A stretch of 63,191 nucleotides of DNA, the filler included, from Chiloscyllium plagiosum (Eukaryota), in NCBI RefSeq assembly GCF_004010195.1. It is 5 parts of one record of this genome, joined end to end, with 100 filler letters (N's around TTAATTAATTAA, not from the genome) between each part and the next. Parts side by side here need not be neighbours in the genome. Positions count along the whole stretch, not along the records: positions 10,556 to 26,698 come from NC_057717.1; positions 26,799 to 51,365 come from NC_057717.1; 3 more parts are not named here. One strand, given 5' to 3'. Made by a program: the position numbers and the translations under genes. Below the pieces are notes generated by a model, which searched no databases, was not told the origin of the DNA, and saw only the letters and a program-made list of their open reading frames with translations. How positions within the stretch are numbered: the stretch's first letter is position 1; the number at the start of each line of letters is the position of its first letter. This document shows positions 24,441 through 35,996 of this stretch, in pieces.

Positions 24441-24441
24441 T

Positions 24442-25245
24442 TATAGAACATAGAACAATAAAGCGCGGAACAGGCCCTTCGGAACACAATATTGCGCCGA
24501 CCTGTGGAATTTGCTCAACTCGTCCCCCGACACTATCCCAAAATCATCCGCGAGCTTATCTAAGGATTGTTTAAAACTCTCTAATGTGGCTGAGTTGACT
24601 ACCTTAGCTGGTAGAGCATTCCACACACTTACCACTCTCTCTGTGTAAAGAATTTGCCTCTGACATCTGTCTTAAATCTATCACCCCTCAATTTGTAGTT
24701 GTGCCCTCTCATACAAGCTGACGTCATCATCCAAGGAAAAAGACTTTCACTGTCTACCATATCTAATCCTCTGATTATCTTATATATCGCTGTCAAATCC
24801 CCCCTTTGCCGCCTTCATTCCAATGAGAACAGATCCAAGTCTCTCAGCCTTTCCTCATAAGACCTTCACTCCAGACCAGGCACCATCCTGATAAATCTCC
24901 TCTGCACCTTTTCCAATACTTCCACATCCTTTTGGTAATGGAGCAACCAGAACTGTACACAATATTCTAACTGTGGCCACACCAGCATTTTGTATGGTTG
25001 CAGCATGATATTGCGGTTCCAGAACTCAATCCATCTTCCAATGAAATCTAACACAGCGGATGCCGCCTTAACAGCACTATCCACCTGGGTGGCAAATTTC
25101 AGGGATGTATGTACATGGACTCCAAGATCCCTCTGCACATCCATACTACCAAGAATCTTTCCATTGACCCAGTACTCTGCCTTCCTGTTATTCTTCCCAA
25201 AGTGCATCGCCTCACATTTAGTTGCATTGAACTCCACTTGCACCT
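24442..25245 (-). mobile_element. CR1 LINE 3' end (RT C-terminus plus tail)
   Basis: FNATKCEAMHFG...RDLGV...YKMLVWPQLEYCVQFW...LEKVQRRFIRM; tail tatagaacatagaaca. Confidence 0.92.
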
Positions 25246-25249
25246 CTCG

Positions 25250-25830
25250 CAAGAAGTGAGACAAATCAAACATGATATAAAGATCCAACAGAGTCACGAA
25301 ATTCATTTGGACATAAAGGGAACATGATTATTTGGTATGTCAGTGAGCAAAGGTTTCAAACAACATTGTGTGTGGTCAAGCACCAACACAGACACACACA
25401 CACACACACACACATATAAGAGTGCGAGTGTTCCAGTGAACTGACTGCAGAAATTATTTACCATTATCCAGTTAACAATCTAAAAACATTCACATAGAAG
25501 CCATAAATATGTTGTATTAATGGGAAAGAATTCACCAGGTCATCCAACTTGGAGATATGTGAGGAGATGGGCACCATGGAAATGTCTGGATGATCCAGAT
25601 GCTGGAGATCAGAGCTGAAAATGTGTTGCTGGAAAAGCGCAGCAGGTCAGGCAGCATCCAGGGAACAGGAGTATTCGGACATAAGCCCTGAAGAAGGGCT
25701 TATGCCCGAAACGTCGATTCTCCTGTTCCCTGGATGCTGCCTGACCTGCTGCGCTTTTCCAGCAACACATTTTCAGCACATGGGGGAGAAGTCATTCAGC
25801 TGTTCCATGTTTGGGAAGGTATTCACGTGC
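25250..25830 (+). pseudogene. Decayed C2H2 zinc-finger gene fragment interrupted by the palindromic HHR element
   Basis: HMGEKSFSCSMFGKVFT (decayed HTGEKPF.C..CGK.F linker/finger) at 25777-25828; upstream VFQ*TDC and GKEFTRSSNL remnants. Confidence 0.6.
25614..25777. mobile_element. Palindromic Penelope-derived mini-element with central hammerhead core
   Basis: Perfect 58-bp inverted repeat 25614-25671 / 25720-25777; CTGAAGA-a-GGGC ttat GCCC-GAAA-cgtc at 25688-25715. Confidence 0.88.
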
Positions 25831-26505
25831 GGATCCAGCAAAGCCTTGCTATTTCTCCCTTGATAACAGACTCCATCATTTTCCCTACTACAGATGTCCC
25901 ACTAACTGATCTATACTTCCCCAACTTTTGTCTACCTTCCTTTTTAAATAGCGGCGCCACTGTATTCCAATCTGCAGGAACTGCCCTCGAGTCCAGCAAA
26001 TTGGGAAAATTACTGACAATGCACATGTTCTGTCCCCCGCTGTCTCTTTTAAAACCTTGGGATGCATTACACCAGGACCAGGAGACTTTTCTATCCTTAG
26101 CTCCATGAGTTTGCCCAACACTCGCGTTCCGTGATAATGTTTGTTTCCAGGTCCTCACCGACTCCATCTCTTTTTCAATCACTGGCATGTTATTAGTGCC
26201 CTCCACTGTGAAGACCAATGCAAAATACCTGTTCTGTTCCTCAGCCATTTATCACATCCCATAACTAAATGGTCCTTCTCATCCTCTGAAGGACATACAT
26301 TTACTTTAGCCACTCTTTTTCATTTAAAGTTTTCATAGAAACTTCTGCTATCTGTCTTTAAATTGTGTGATGCATCTTTTCTCTCCTGTTCTTTCCTACG
26401 GTTCTTTATCGCTCCTTCTGTGGCTTACTTCTGATCTTTAACGCTTTCCCAATCTTCCAGTTTCATGCAGTTTTTGACCACTTTGTTTGCCTCATCTTTC
26501 AATGT
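25830..26505 (-). mobile_element. CR1 ORF2 fragment
   Basis: KSPGPG.MHPKVLKE, VPADW..VAPLFKKEGRQ.LG.YRSVS.TSVVGKMMESVIK. Confidence 0.85.
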
Positions 26506-27045
26506 GAGAAATGGGGAGGGAGAGTGGGGAGGGGAGGGGGAGGGAGAGGGGAGGAGAGAGGGTGGGAAGAGAGGGTGGAGGAGGGGGAGGTGCGGGGATA
26601 AGGGGATTAGGGAAAGAGGCAGGGCAGAGGAAAGAAGGGGTGGAGAGAGGGCTGTAGGTGATGGGGTCGGAGGGAGCTGGGAAAGGTGGGTGAGAATANN
26701 NNNNNNNNNNNNNNNNNNNNNNNNNNNNNNNNNNNNNNNNNNTTAATTAATTAANNNNNNNNNNNNNNNNNNNNNNNNNNNNNNNNNNNNNNNNNNNNGA
26801 GGGGTGAGAGGGGGAGGGAAGAGTGAGGGAAGAGAGAGGGGAGAGAGAAGAGAGGTGTGAGAGAGAAGAGAGAGGGGAGGAGAGAGAGGAAGAAGAGGGG
26901 AGGAGGAGAAGAGAAGTGAAGAAGAGGTGGAGAAGAAAGAGCAGAAGAATAAGAGTGTGAGAGAGAAAACGAGAGAGGGAGAGAGAGAGAGGAGAGAGAA
27001 GAGAAAGAGAGAGCGAGAGAGAGAGAGATAGAAAAGGCAAAAAGG
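26506..27045. repeat. GA-rich low-complexity tracts on both sides of an artificial spacer (linker 26743-26754)
   Basis: Polypurine (GA/GGA/GAA)n sequence; 44N-TTAATTAATTAA-44N. Confidence 0.9.
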
Positions 27046-28377
27046 GAACAAGTGAGCCCCAGCCCTCACTCTGTCACAGACAGACAGAGACAGTAACAGG
27101 TCAATACTCCCCCGGTCAGCCCGCATGGCGTGAGGGTAATGGCTGACTGAGTTAGGTTCAAAAACTCCCAGAGACTGTCATTCAAACCCCATCTCCTCCC
27201 CAACCCAGTTCATCCTGTCAGCTCCCAGCTTCCTCTACCTGGAAGACACCTCCCCCCAGGTATGGGACACATCAACAATCACCTAAGACTTTGGTGCAGC
27301 TCATCAAGGAGGATATGATGGAGAAATTATATGCAATGATTGGTAATGACTGAGGATGCAACACTCAAACGCCAGTTGTTTTCAGTTTCTGATGAATCGA
27401 TTGATCATGTCAGATTTTGATTAAATGTTTCTTTTGAGTTTCCTGTCTGTGAATCTTCTTCAAATATTCAAAGAAGTTTAATAAAGACAGTGTCAGTCCA
27501 GGTGAGACATCAGACAGACAAATAATTCCCTTTGTTGATGTTTTTGTGTGTATGTCCTTCCTTACAATCCTCAGAGCAAGAAGTTTCAAAATCCATCACT
27601 ATTAGGGCAGAGAGAAAATAATAATCAAAATAAAGTAAGAAATTGTCTCTAAACATGAACATTATTTCTCTCTCCCAAAATGTGCCAGTCCTATTGGGTT
27701 CCTCCAGCAACCTTTCTTTTATTTCAGAAACTCGCATTTTCCCTCCCCCAGCCAAGGGTTATCAGCATACAGAGATTGTGCAGGATGGCAGGGTCCTGAG
27801 AGGGGATAGGCTCATTCATTTACCAGAAATTTTCAGGAGTGATTCATGATGCGATGGAGCAATTGCAGTTGAAGCGAGATGCGACAGATCTTATTGGCTT
27901 ATAGTTGATGTAGATCAGGAAGATGAAAACAAGATGTTCACATTAACTGGCGAAATGGACGATGAGATACAAAAATTAAAATTTTGGATAGATTGACAGG
28001 GAGGATTTGATGAAGTGGTGAAATGGAAGGGATTCAATAACCACTGTATCTTAAAGGTATGCATTTGGACTGAACAGCCTGAAGTTCTGTATTTAATTTC
28101 CAATTCGGTCAAGACATGGGCTTGAATTATCCCAGTACCAGAGCCATAGTGATGTAGCTCAGGCAGTCATTGAACGGCCTGGTATCTTCCAATTTGTGAT
28201 GGTTCCTTTTCCTCTGGGTGTTTGCAGACCCCTCAAGCTCTCTGACACTCTTGGTGATGAAAGCAGGAAAATTGGTGGCAGACACTGAAAACAGTGAGAG
28301 CTCCAGTTGTTCCACCACCCTTCAGATACCCGCTAACCTTCCTGCTTTAAGGAAATCGGCATGCCTGGCTGGTGACA

Positions 28378-28448
28378 GGCTGTGTGGCTCAAATGGTCAG
28401 CAGCGGGCTGCAAGATAAAGGTTGGTAGTTTGAGACCATCCAGGAATG
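28378..28448 (+). pseudogene. tRNA-Asn relic
   Basis: ggctgtgtggctcaaatggtcagc...aaaggttggtagtttgagaccatccaggaatg aligns to vertebrate tRNA-Asn(GTT); anticodon arm disrupted. Confidence 0.65.
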
Positions 28449-29432
28449 GAGCTTTGGTTGTTCCAGATCAGACTATGGGAATACCACCCTACCTCCATTT
28501 AAATCGGAAAATCCATGGCAAGGTTGGATTGCAGCCCAAACCATTGATGATTCTGTAAGATAGGGACAAACACAATTTTCTCTCCAGACCCCCCCCCCTC
28601 TCACCAGAAAGTGACCGCTGCAGCTCCCTGCACAGCCCTGGGACACAGCTTACAGAAACTCCCTCCTCATGAACGGCGCTTCCTGTGTGAAAATCTTTAC
28701 ATTTAATGTGGTAACGGCTGCAATCCAACCCCTTTCCCCAAGATTAGAAGCTGCAGGATTTTGTGATAAGGACAGAGTTATGAAGTTGAAGGCGAGCCTT
28801 CCACCTTTAAATGAGAGTGAATGCTGTTCAGAACTGAGAGCTGACAAATGCCTGTGATGACCAGCTAGCAGTCTCAGCGTGTACTAGAAAATTGGAAAGA
28901 TGTGACGTTTGGCTGTGAAACAAACCTGAGTTGGTTGATATTTGTAAACAATTCCTATTTTACCAATCTATTTAAATTATGCCTCAGAATACTAAAATCC
29001 AATCGCACTTGAATTTAGAGTTTAGAAACACTGCAGAACCGAGGACTTCCATAATGTTACCCCCACTGACCATTCCCCATGAAACATGCCCAGGTCCTCA
29101 GTTGAGGATTTTTGCTGGGAACCTTTGCTCCTTGGCTTTGAACCGGACCGCCTGCCCAAGAAAAGCAAATGTGGTATTACGTTTAGTGGAAGGATCAGAG
29201 CACAGTCACTCCACTCTGAAACAGAATTAGTGCTGTACACATCTGTGCAAATTCAGAACCAGGTTGGAGAAAACCGTAACAATGTTTCACACAGTAATGA
29301 AACTGGATTGCATTCCTTTTCACCACTCGCGCATGTATCAGCGAGTAAATTCAAAACCAGGTTTGCTGATGTGAACAGCAAGTTCGAAAGCTCTGCTCAC
29401 GTCAGTCTGAAAGGCTGCCACCGGGAATGAGG

Positions 29433-29505
29433 CTATTCGTGCCGGATTTTGAAATGGGGAGTTTTGAAGTGAGGTGACTCCAACAGCCACTGCACTACAG
29501 GAAGC
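29433..29505 (-). pseudogene. tRNA-Val relic (paralog of 32429-32501)
   Basis: ccactgcactacaggaagc and gaaatgggga match the reverse complement of tRNA-Val; same flanks as the 32429 copy. Confidence 0.55.
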
Positions 29506-30690
29506 ATCTCCGCGAGCAGCTGGTGTCCAGCGTCGGCCAGCACTAAAATGTATAGCCGTTCAACGTCTCACCTTTCTGTTTCCAGGAGCTGGTCATTCTC
29601 CAGCGTAATTGGCATCATTAAAAATTAAGAAATTCACGTGAAATTGCTCACAAAATATAGGCAAGGATGCTGTCAAGGGTGCATATTTTGGAATGCAGGA
29701 CGAGTCTGAACATGCTGGGACAACTTTCCCTTCATCGTCGGGCATGACCTTAAGGAAAGTTTGTCAACAGAATATTTAAGTTTTTGTTTTCCGCAATATG
29801 GGGAGAGTTGAAAACTGGAGTGCATAGTTTTGAGGTGGGACGGGTAAAATATAAAAGGGAATTGAGGCACCTTTCCTACGCAGAAGATTGTGCGTGTATG
29901 GAATCAGCTACCAGAGGAAGTGGAGGAGGCTAGTACACTCAGAAGATTTCAAAGGCAACCGGATGAGTTTCTGGATAGGAAGGGTTTAGTGGGATAGGGG
30001 ACAAAAGCTGCTAAGTGGGAGTTTGTTTAAAATGCATTTCCAGAGATTTCGAAGCATGAATGCTGTTCTGGGGACAGTGCGAGGGTAATCAGCCTTAAGC
30101 AGAATAATTTCAAACTGTGCTTCCAACATATATTGGAAATTTAGTGTACCGCCACCTCCCGAAAAACTCTGAAATGAGGGAAAACAAAGAACCGAACATG
30201 AATGAGCCATGAAAAGTGAAGGTTCCCAAACACAGTCTCGATAAGATTACTTTGCTCATCCAATCAACAATGTGGCAGTGCCTGCTGCCCACGTCTCCAG
30301 GACAGATGTGAAGGAAATGAGAGAAATTTAAGACCATATAACATTGTAATTAACCGGAATGATTTTTCCATTCACTAGAACACCAAATAATGAGAAGTAA
30401 CGTCACTGCAGGATTAGGTTTCACACCAGCGATGAAATCCCAATCTCCGTTCGGTTTCGGCGGAGACAGTGAACAACACAACTTGGCCGGAACATGATGC
30501 AGCAGGGGAGCCGCTTGAGGTCCGGGCTTTTCGTGTGGGAGGCGAATGTGATCACTACAGCATGAACACTGGCACATTGGAGAGAGTGCATTCCCCCAAA
30601 TCAGAGATACATTTCCAATAAGCAAAGTAGACTGGTCGTGTTGGAATTTAAACACTGAACATTAACACGCTGCAGTAAAACCGGCAACGC

Positions 30691-30772
30691 ACACAAAGGG
30701 TGGGATTTGAACACAACCCTCATTAGAGATTTATGTACAACACAGCGCCTTCGACCACGCGGCCAGAAGACC
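30691..30772 (-). pseudogene. tRNA-Leu relic
   Basis: Minus strand ggcc.cgtggtcgaaggcgctg...gttcaaatcccacc; occupies the same slot in the repeat unit as 33976-34058. Confidence 0.6.
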
Positions 30773-32428
30773 AGCCACCACAGTCGCACATTTCCTTTCA
30801 CTTTCAATGGCGTGCCTGCAAAACAACAGAATCAAAGTCACAGGGAAAGAGTTCCACGATCCCTGCTCTGCTCGCACTGCTGCTGGGATCTGCCCAGCTA
30901 CAATATCAATTTTGCAGCAGATAATGATAACCCTTAATTCATATAAAAACCAATGGGAAGCTGATCCTATCTTCTGAGACTTGTTTGAGCCACAAATGTA
31001 ATGTCTGTATGAGAGAATAGAAATTCGATTCTGATTCAACAAAGAAACCAAGAGCTGCTTGACATTACTGCAATTTCGATTCTTGCTTTGCTAAATGATT
31101 TCACCCATTGCTCTAAACAGAACAACTTTCACGTTTGAACGGAACATGAAACACACCGGACTACAGGGAAAATGCACAAAGCTGAGCAGGCCGTGTTCCA
31201 CATCAGACCGTGCAGCATACTTATGGTTACGACGTCTGTTTTGCAGATTAAACGTCCCAAGGAATGTTATCGAATGGAAAAGTGGAGGTAGCAGTACAAT
31301 CCGAGAAGGACAGATCACATTGTGATGATGCTCAAACCTCGGTGCCAGTTCGAGTTGTCGCTTGCCTTGCCTTTTACCTTAACTTGCTGCAGAGATGTCT
31401 CCACCTGGACATGAGCCTGACGGCTGCCAGCTTAGTTGGAAACCAATGTGGGAATCAATGGAAAGTGAGTCAGAAAGTTTACTAAATTCCACGGTGCTAA
31501 TTAGAGATGCAGTTTCTGTTCACCTCAATCTAAAAGGCAGTTTCCGAGTATATTACCAGAAGTCAAAAGGTGATTACCTAACCCCCACACATGAAGATGT
31601 CAAAGAGGTGCGAACTGCACTTGAGTGCTTTTTGTTCTTGATGTGAACAGCTCTCACGCCTGAGTCACCTTCATCTCTCTTGTGGCTGAGTGAATCACAA
31701 AGAAGGAGTTTCAGCAGAGCTGCAACTGCCGCACTTCTCCACTCACCCTCCCCGTTTACATGTTCCTGCTCGTCAGTAATTTAACGAAAACCAAATATAT
31801 GCGATGTAATTCTGTAGACTCTCTGTCGATTCCTCCGTTTCAGTTCCAACATGGCTTAGATCTCGGGGCGCACCTTTATACTAGCGACGCTATGCAAGCA
31901 CACGTCCAAAGGTTCCACTGAGAATGTAATTCCTTTCATTGCTGTTGCTGATTGAATGAGCCACTAACGTGCGAACTGCTCCAGAACATGATTCAGGACC
32001 TCTGGTGCCAATTTGCGCACGTTGAATAATGACAGACAGCTTCCAAACGAGGCCTTTCAGAGACGACTTTGGGGTACATTTGACAGACAGACTAGTTCAG
32101 GAATCCGTGGTGCGCTGTGACACCAGCGCATCAGCTTCTTCCCTGTCTTTGAACCGAGCCGCCTGCGCAAGGAATGCAAATGCAGTACTGCTTTTCGTGG
32201 ACGGAACAGAAGGCGGTAACTACATTCTCAAACAGAATGGCATATGATCAGAACCAGGTTGGAGAAAAACTTTACAATGCTTTGCAGGGTAATTAAATTG
32301 AATTGCATTACATTTCACCACGAGAGCAGATTTGTTCTAGCAAATTCGAAGGCAGGTTTGCAGATGGGAAAGCAAGCAAGAAAGCTTCGTTCTTGTCCAT
32401 GTAAAAGGCTGCAGTTGAAGAGCAAAGC

Positions 32429-32501
32429 AGTTTCGGCACAGTTTCGAACTGGGGACCTTTTGCGTGTGAGGCGAACGTGATGAGCACTACACTACAGAAA
32501 C
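32429..32501 (-). tRNA. tRNA-Val(CAC), probably a pseudogene
   Basis: Minus strand gtttctgtagtgtagtgctcatcacgttcgcctCACacgcaaaaggtccccagttcgaaactgtgccgaaact, 73 nt, close to vertebrate tRNA-Val(CAC); D-loop GG lost and stem mismatches. Confidence 0.85.
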
Positions 32502-32669
32502 AAGCCCCAGCTGCCTGTACTGTGGCTCAGTGGCATCCAGCACTGAAAGGTGAAACCATTCAACGTTTCACCTTTCCAATAGCTCGTTGTTGTCCAACGT
32601 AATTGACATGTTGAAAACTTTAAAAAGACACGTGAAATTGATGACAAAATATAGACCAGGATGTCGTCA

Positions 32670-33060
32670 ATGTTTGGACCGTATGGCGAGGTTGAATAGG
32701 CTGGGACGACTTTCCCTGCAGCGTAAACGGCTGCGACATGATCTTATGGAGGGTTGTAAACTGAGTATTTATGTGTTTTACCCAAGGTGGGGTGAGTTGA
32801 AAACTCGAGAGCATTGGTTTATGGTGAGTGGGCTGAAAATGACAAAGGACCTGAGGCACATTTCCCACACAGAAGGTTGTGCGTGTATGGAATGACTTAC
32901 CAAGAGGAAGTGGAGGAGGCTCAGAAAATTGCAAAGTTAATGGGACGAGGTTCTGAATAGGATGGGTATACAGGGATTGCGGCCAAATGCTGGGGAACGG
33001 GACTTGTTTAATTTTGGCTATGTGGTGATCATGGACGAGATACACCGAAGTATCTGTTTC
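32670..33060 (+). mobile_element. Old CR1 3' fragment (paralog at ~29690-30030)
   Basis: RLNRLGRLSLQRKRLRHDLME; tttcccacacagaaggttgtgcgtgtatggaat. Confidence 0.7.
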
Positions 33061-33975
33061 CAATAACGTTGTGTTGCTTACACCGGCTTTAAAGGATTAC
33101 TTTTTAGCGGAACTTGCCGTCGCAGTCTGTGGCACAATCATTTACTCTGTTCGACTGCTCACGGGAAAGGTAGTATTGTGAAACATTGCAGAAATGAACG
33201 ACTTTCTTAAATTTGCTCCGACTGACAATACTCCGTGAAATTTTCCCAGATCCACAGTTGAGGATTTCTGCTGCTGGAAGTTACCTCAGAAACCCTGTTA
33301 ACTCGTAATGTATTGAGCGAATCACAAAATAGAAAGCATTTAACACGGAACACAAACAAAACTGGCATACCTAATGCATTTTCAGATGCAGAGATGCATG
33401 AATGTTAAATGTGAGGGCATGAGTTATAAAGTAATCTCACAACTAACAACAGGGCAATTCCAAACTGCTCTTTCAAACATACTGGAGCCTAAGTGCACCA
33501 CCACTTCCCAGACAATGCTGAAAAGAGAGAAAGAAAGAACACAATAAGAATGGGCCATAAAAACTGAATTTCACCAATCACAGTCTCGATTAGATTACCT
33601 TTCCCTTCCGATGTATCCAGGACGGAAATGAAGGAAATGGGAGAAATTCAATAACATATCACATCGAAATTCATTGGAACGATTTTCCCATTAGCCAGAA
33701 AACCAAATAACGACGAGTTGAGTCACCGCAGGACTTTGTTTCACAACAGTGATGAAATAACAGTCTCCATTCGGTTCCAGTAAATTATAAACAGCAGAGC
33801 TGTTTGCGATTTTCCGCACGGGAGGCGAACACGATCATGACAGCAGAAATACTTTGACACTACCTCACACCACAGTGAATTCCCCGGGAAGCAAACCCAT
33901 TTTTCTTTTGTTTTCAACATCAATACAGTGGGGACCGAAGCAGCATTTTAACACGCTGCAGCTGATCTGCAGAAA

Positions 33976-34058
33976 TGGCAGTGGTGGGATTCGAACCCAC
34001 GCTCCTTTCGAGGACTGGAACCTGGATGCAGCGCCTTAGACCGCTCGGGCACGCTACC
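33976..34058 (-). tRNA. tRNA-Leu (AAG/TAG-type body, apparent anticodon CAG), probably a pseudogene
   Basis: Minus strand ggtagcgtgcccgagcggtctaaggcgctgcatcCAGgttccagtcctcgaaaggagcgtgggttcgaatcccaccactgcca; intact B box and variable arm; U33>C and anticodon-stem mismatch. Confidence 0.85.
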
Positions 34059-34605
34059 AGCCGGCCATCAGTCCCATTTTCTTGCATTTCCAATTGTGCT
34101 CCTGCATAACAACAGATGCAAAGTCACATGAAAAGGGTTCCATGATCCCTCTCCGACTCGCACAGCTGCTGGGATGTGCCCGTCTACAGTATCAATTTCG
34201 CAGCAGATAATGATAGCCCATCAATCCAGGCAAAAATCTATGGTAAACTGAGTCTTTTCAGACTCTTTTCAGCTACAAATGTATCTCTGAGAATATATGT
34301 TCGGTTATGATTTAGTCAAATAACCATGAGCTGCTTGACATTACTGCAATTTCGATTCTTGCTTTGCTAAATGATTTCACCCATTGCTCGAAACAGGACG
34401 ACTTTCACGTTTACCCCGAATACGAAACACACCGGACTACAGGGAAAATGCACAAAGCTGAGCAGGCCGTGTTCCACATCATACCGTGCAGCATAGTTTC
34501 AGTCACTGTGTCTGTTTTACAGAATAAGAGTCCCAAAGACTGTTCTCCACCCTAAAAGCGGAGGTAGCATTACAATCCGAGAACGACAGATCACATTGTG
34601 AGGAT

Positions 34606-34799
34606 TCAAAGTTTGTGCGAAGATTTGTAGCTCGGGTGCCCGTTGTTGTGATGATGTCGCCTAGAAAGGGGACGAAACGTTTGCAACAAAAACTTCCAGC
34701 TCGGCGAACAGAACCACAACAAAGCACTGATGATGTCGCCTAGCCAGGGGACGAAACGTTTGCAACAAAAACTTCCAGCTCGGCGAACAGAACCACAAT
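34606..34799 (+). mobile_element. Tandem-hammerhead mini-retroelement (Penelope terminus derived) with 11-bp TSD
   Basis: TSD attgtgaggat at 34595-34605 and 34800-34810; two 79-bp units each with (C)TGATGA-tgtcgcctag..aggggac-GAAACGTT; empty site at ~31319-31330. Confidence 0.88.
34724..34763 (+). ncRNA. Minimal type I hammerhead ribozyme motif
   Basis: Stem I gca/tgc, core CUGAUGA (34727-34733), stem II gtc.cct/agg.gac, GAAA, self-complementary AACGUU stem III, predicted cleavage after GUU. Confidence 0.75.
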
Positions 34800-35310
34800 A
34801 TTGTGAGGATGCCCTGACCTCGGAGCCAGTTCGAGATGCCACTTTCCTTGCCTTTTACCTTAACCGTGCAATTTGCTGCAGAGATGTTCACTCCTGGACA
34901 TGAGCCACATGGATACCAACTAAGTTGGAAACCTGTGTGGGAATCGACGAGAAGCGACTCAATAAACTTTGCTAAATTCCATGGTGCTTTTTAGAAATGC
35001 AGTCTCTGTTCACCTCAATCTCAAAGACAGTTTCTGAACACAGTAACAGAAGTTGGATTTTGTTTCACAACAGCAATGAAATAACAGTCTCCATTCGGTT
35101 CCAGTAAAAACTCAACTTGCCTGAAACATAAAGCAACAGCGGAGGTGCATGCGATTTTCTGCACGGGAGGCGAACACGATCATGACGGCAGAGACACTTT
35201 GAAATATTCGGCACTATCCTACACGCAGTTAATTCCCCGGGAAGCAAACCCGTTTTTCTTTTGTTCAATACAGGGGGAATCTACATAGCATTTGTGAGGT
35301 GATTGGCAAG

Positions 35311-35392
35311 AATTTTGGTGGTGTGGTTCGAACCCACGCCCTTATTTAGGCTGGAATCTGGGTCCAGGGACTTAACAGCAGGGCAAGTCCAA
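35311..35392 (-). pseudogene. tRNA-Leu relic
   Basis: gttcgaacccacgcc...ctggaatctgggtccag; same slot in the repeat unit as the other Leu copies. Confidence 0.55.
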
Positions 35393-35915
35393 ACTACGCG
35401 TTCTCTTTTTTCTCAGCCTTAGTGTACTACCACTTCCCAGAAAGTGCTGGAAAAAGAGAAAGAAAGAACATAATGAGAATGGCCAATAAAAAGTGAATTT
35501 CATCAATCCCAGTCTCGATTAGATGATCTTTACCTTCTGTCTTTCGGACAGAAATGATGGAAATGATGGAACACATGACATCGCAAACATTTTCCCATTC
35601 GCCAAAACATCAAATTACGACGAGTCGAGTCGAGTCACCGCAGGACTTTGTTTCACAACATCGATGGTATAAGAGTCTGCGTTCGTCTCCAGTGAAAACT
35701 CAACTTATCTGAAACGAAACAGCTGCGGTCGAGCTGCTTGAGCCCGCGATCTTTCGTACGGGATGCGAACACTGTTACGTCAGCACAGACACTGACTCCG
35801 TTGCCTCAGCCTGTATTCGCACCCACCACTGTCAAGTCTTTGAGAAGCAAACGCCAACTTTTTAACTTTGACCCACATTTCAACATGCTGTAGCATTACA
35901 GTTGATCCACTGAAA

Positions 35916-35996
35916 TGGCAGCGCAGGCATTCGAATTCACATAACCAAGATTCAAAAACCTCGACGCACCTGTTTGGCCTACTCCGCCATGTGACC
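35916..35996 (-). pseudogene. Highly decayed tRNA (Leu/Ser-type) relic
   Basis: tggcagcg...attcgaattcac...ccgccatgtgacc with the same flanks as the 33976 copy. Confidence 0.45.

Noticed and set aside
26743..27126. Hydrophobic Leu/Ser-rich ORFs
   Set aside because: Translation of a GA low-complexity tract running into the artificial spacer
29455..29500. Short matches to 7SL RNA (gggagttttga, agccactgcact)
   Set aside because: The matches are in opposite orientations; better explained as a tRNA-Val relic
33871..33898. RSS-like cacagtg + 12 bp + agcaaaccc
   Set aside because: Nonamer matches only 6/9, paralogous units do not keep the heptamer, and no V/D/J segment is adjacent
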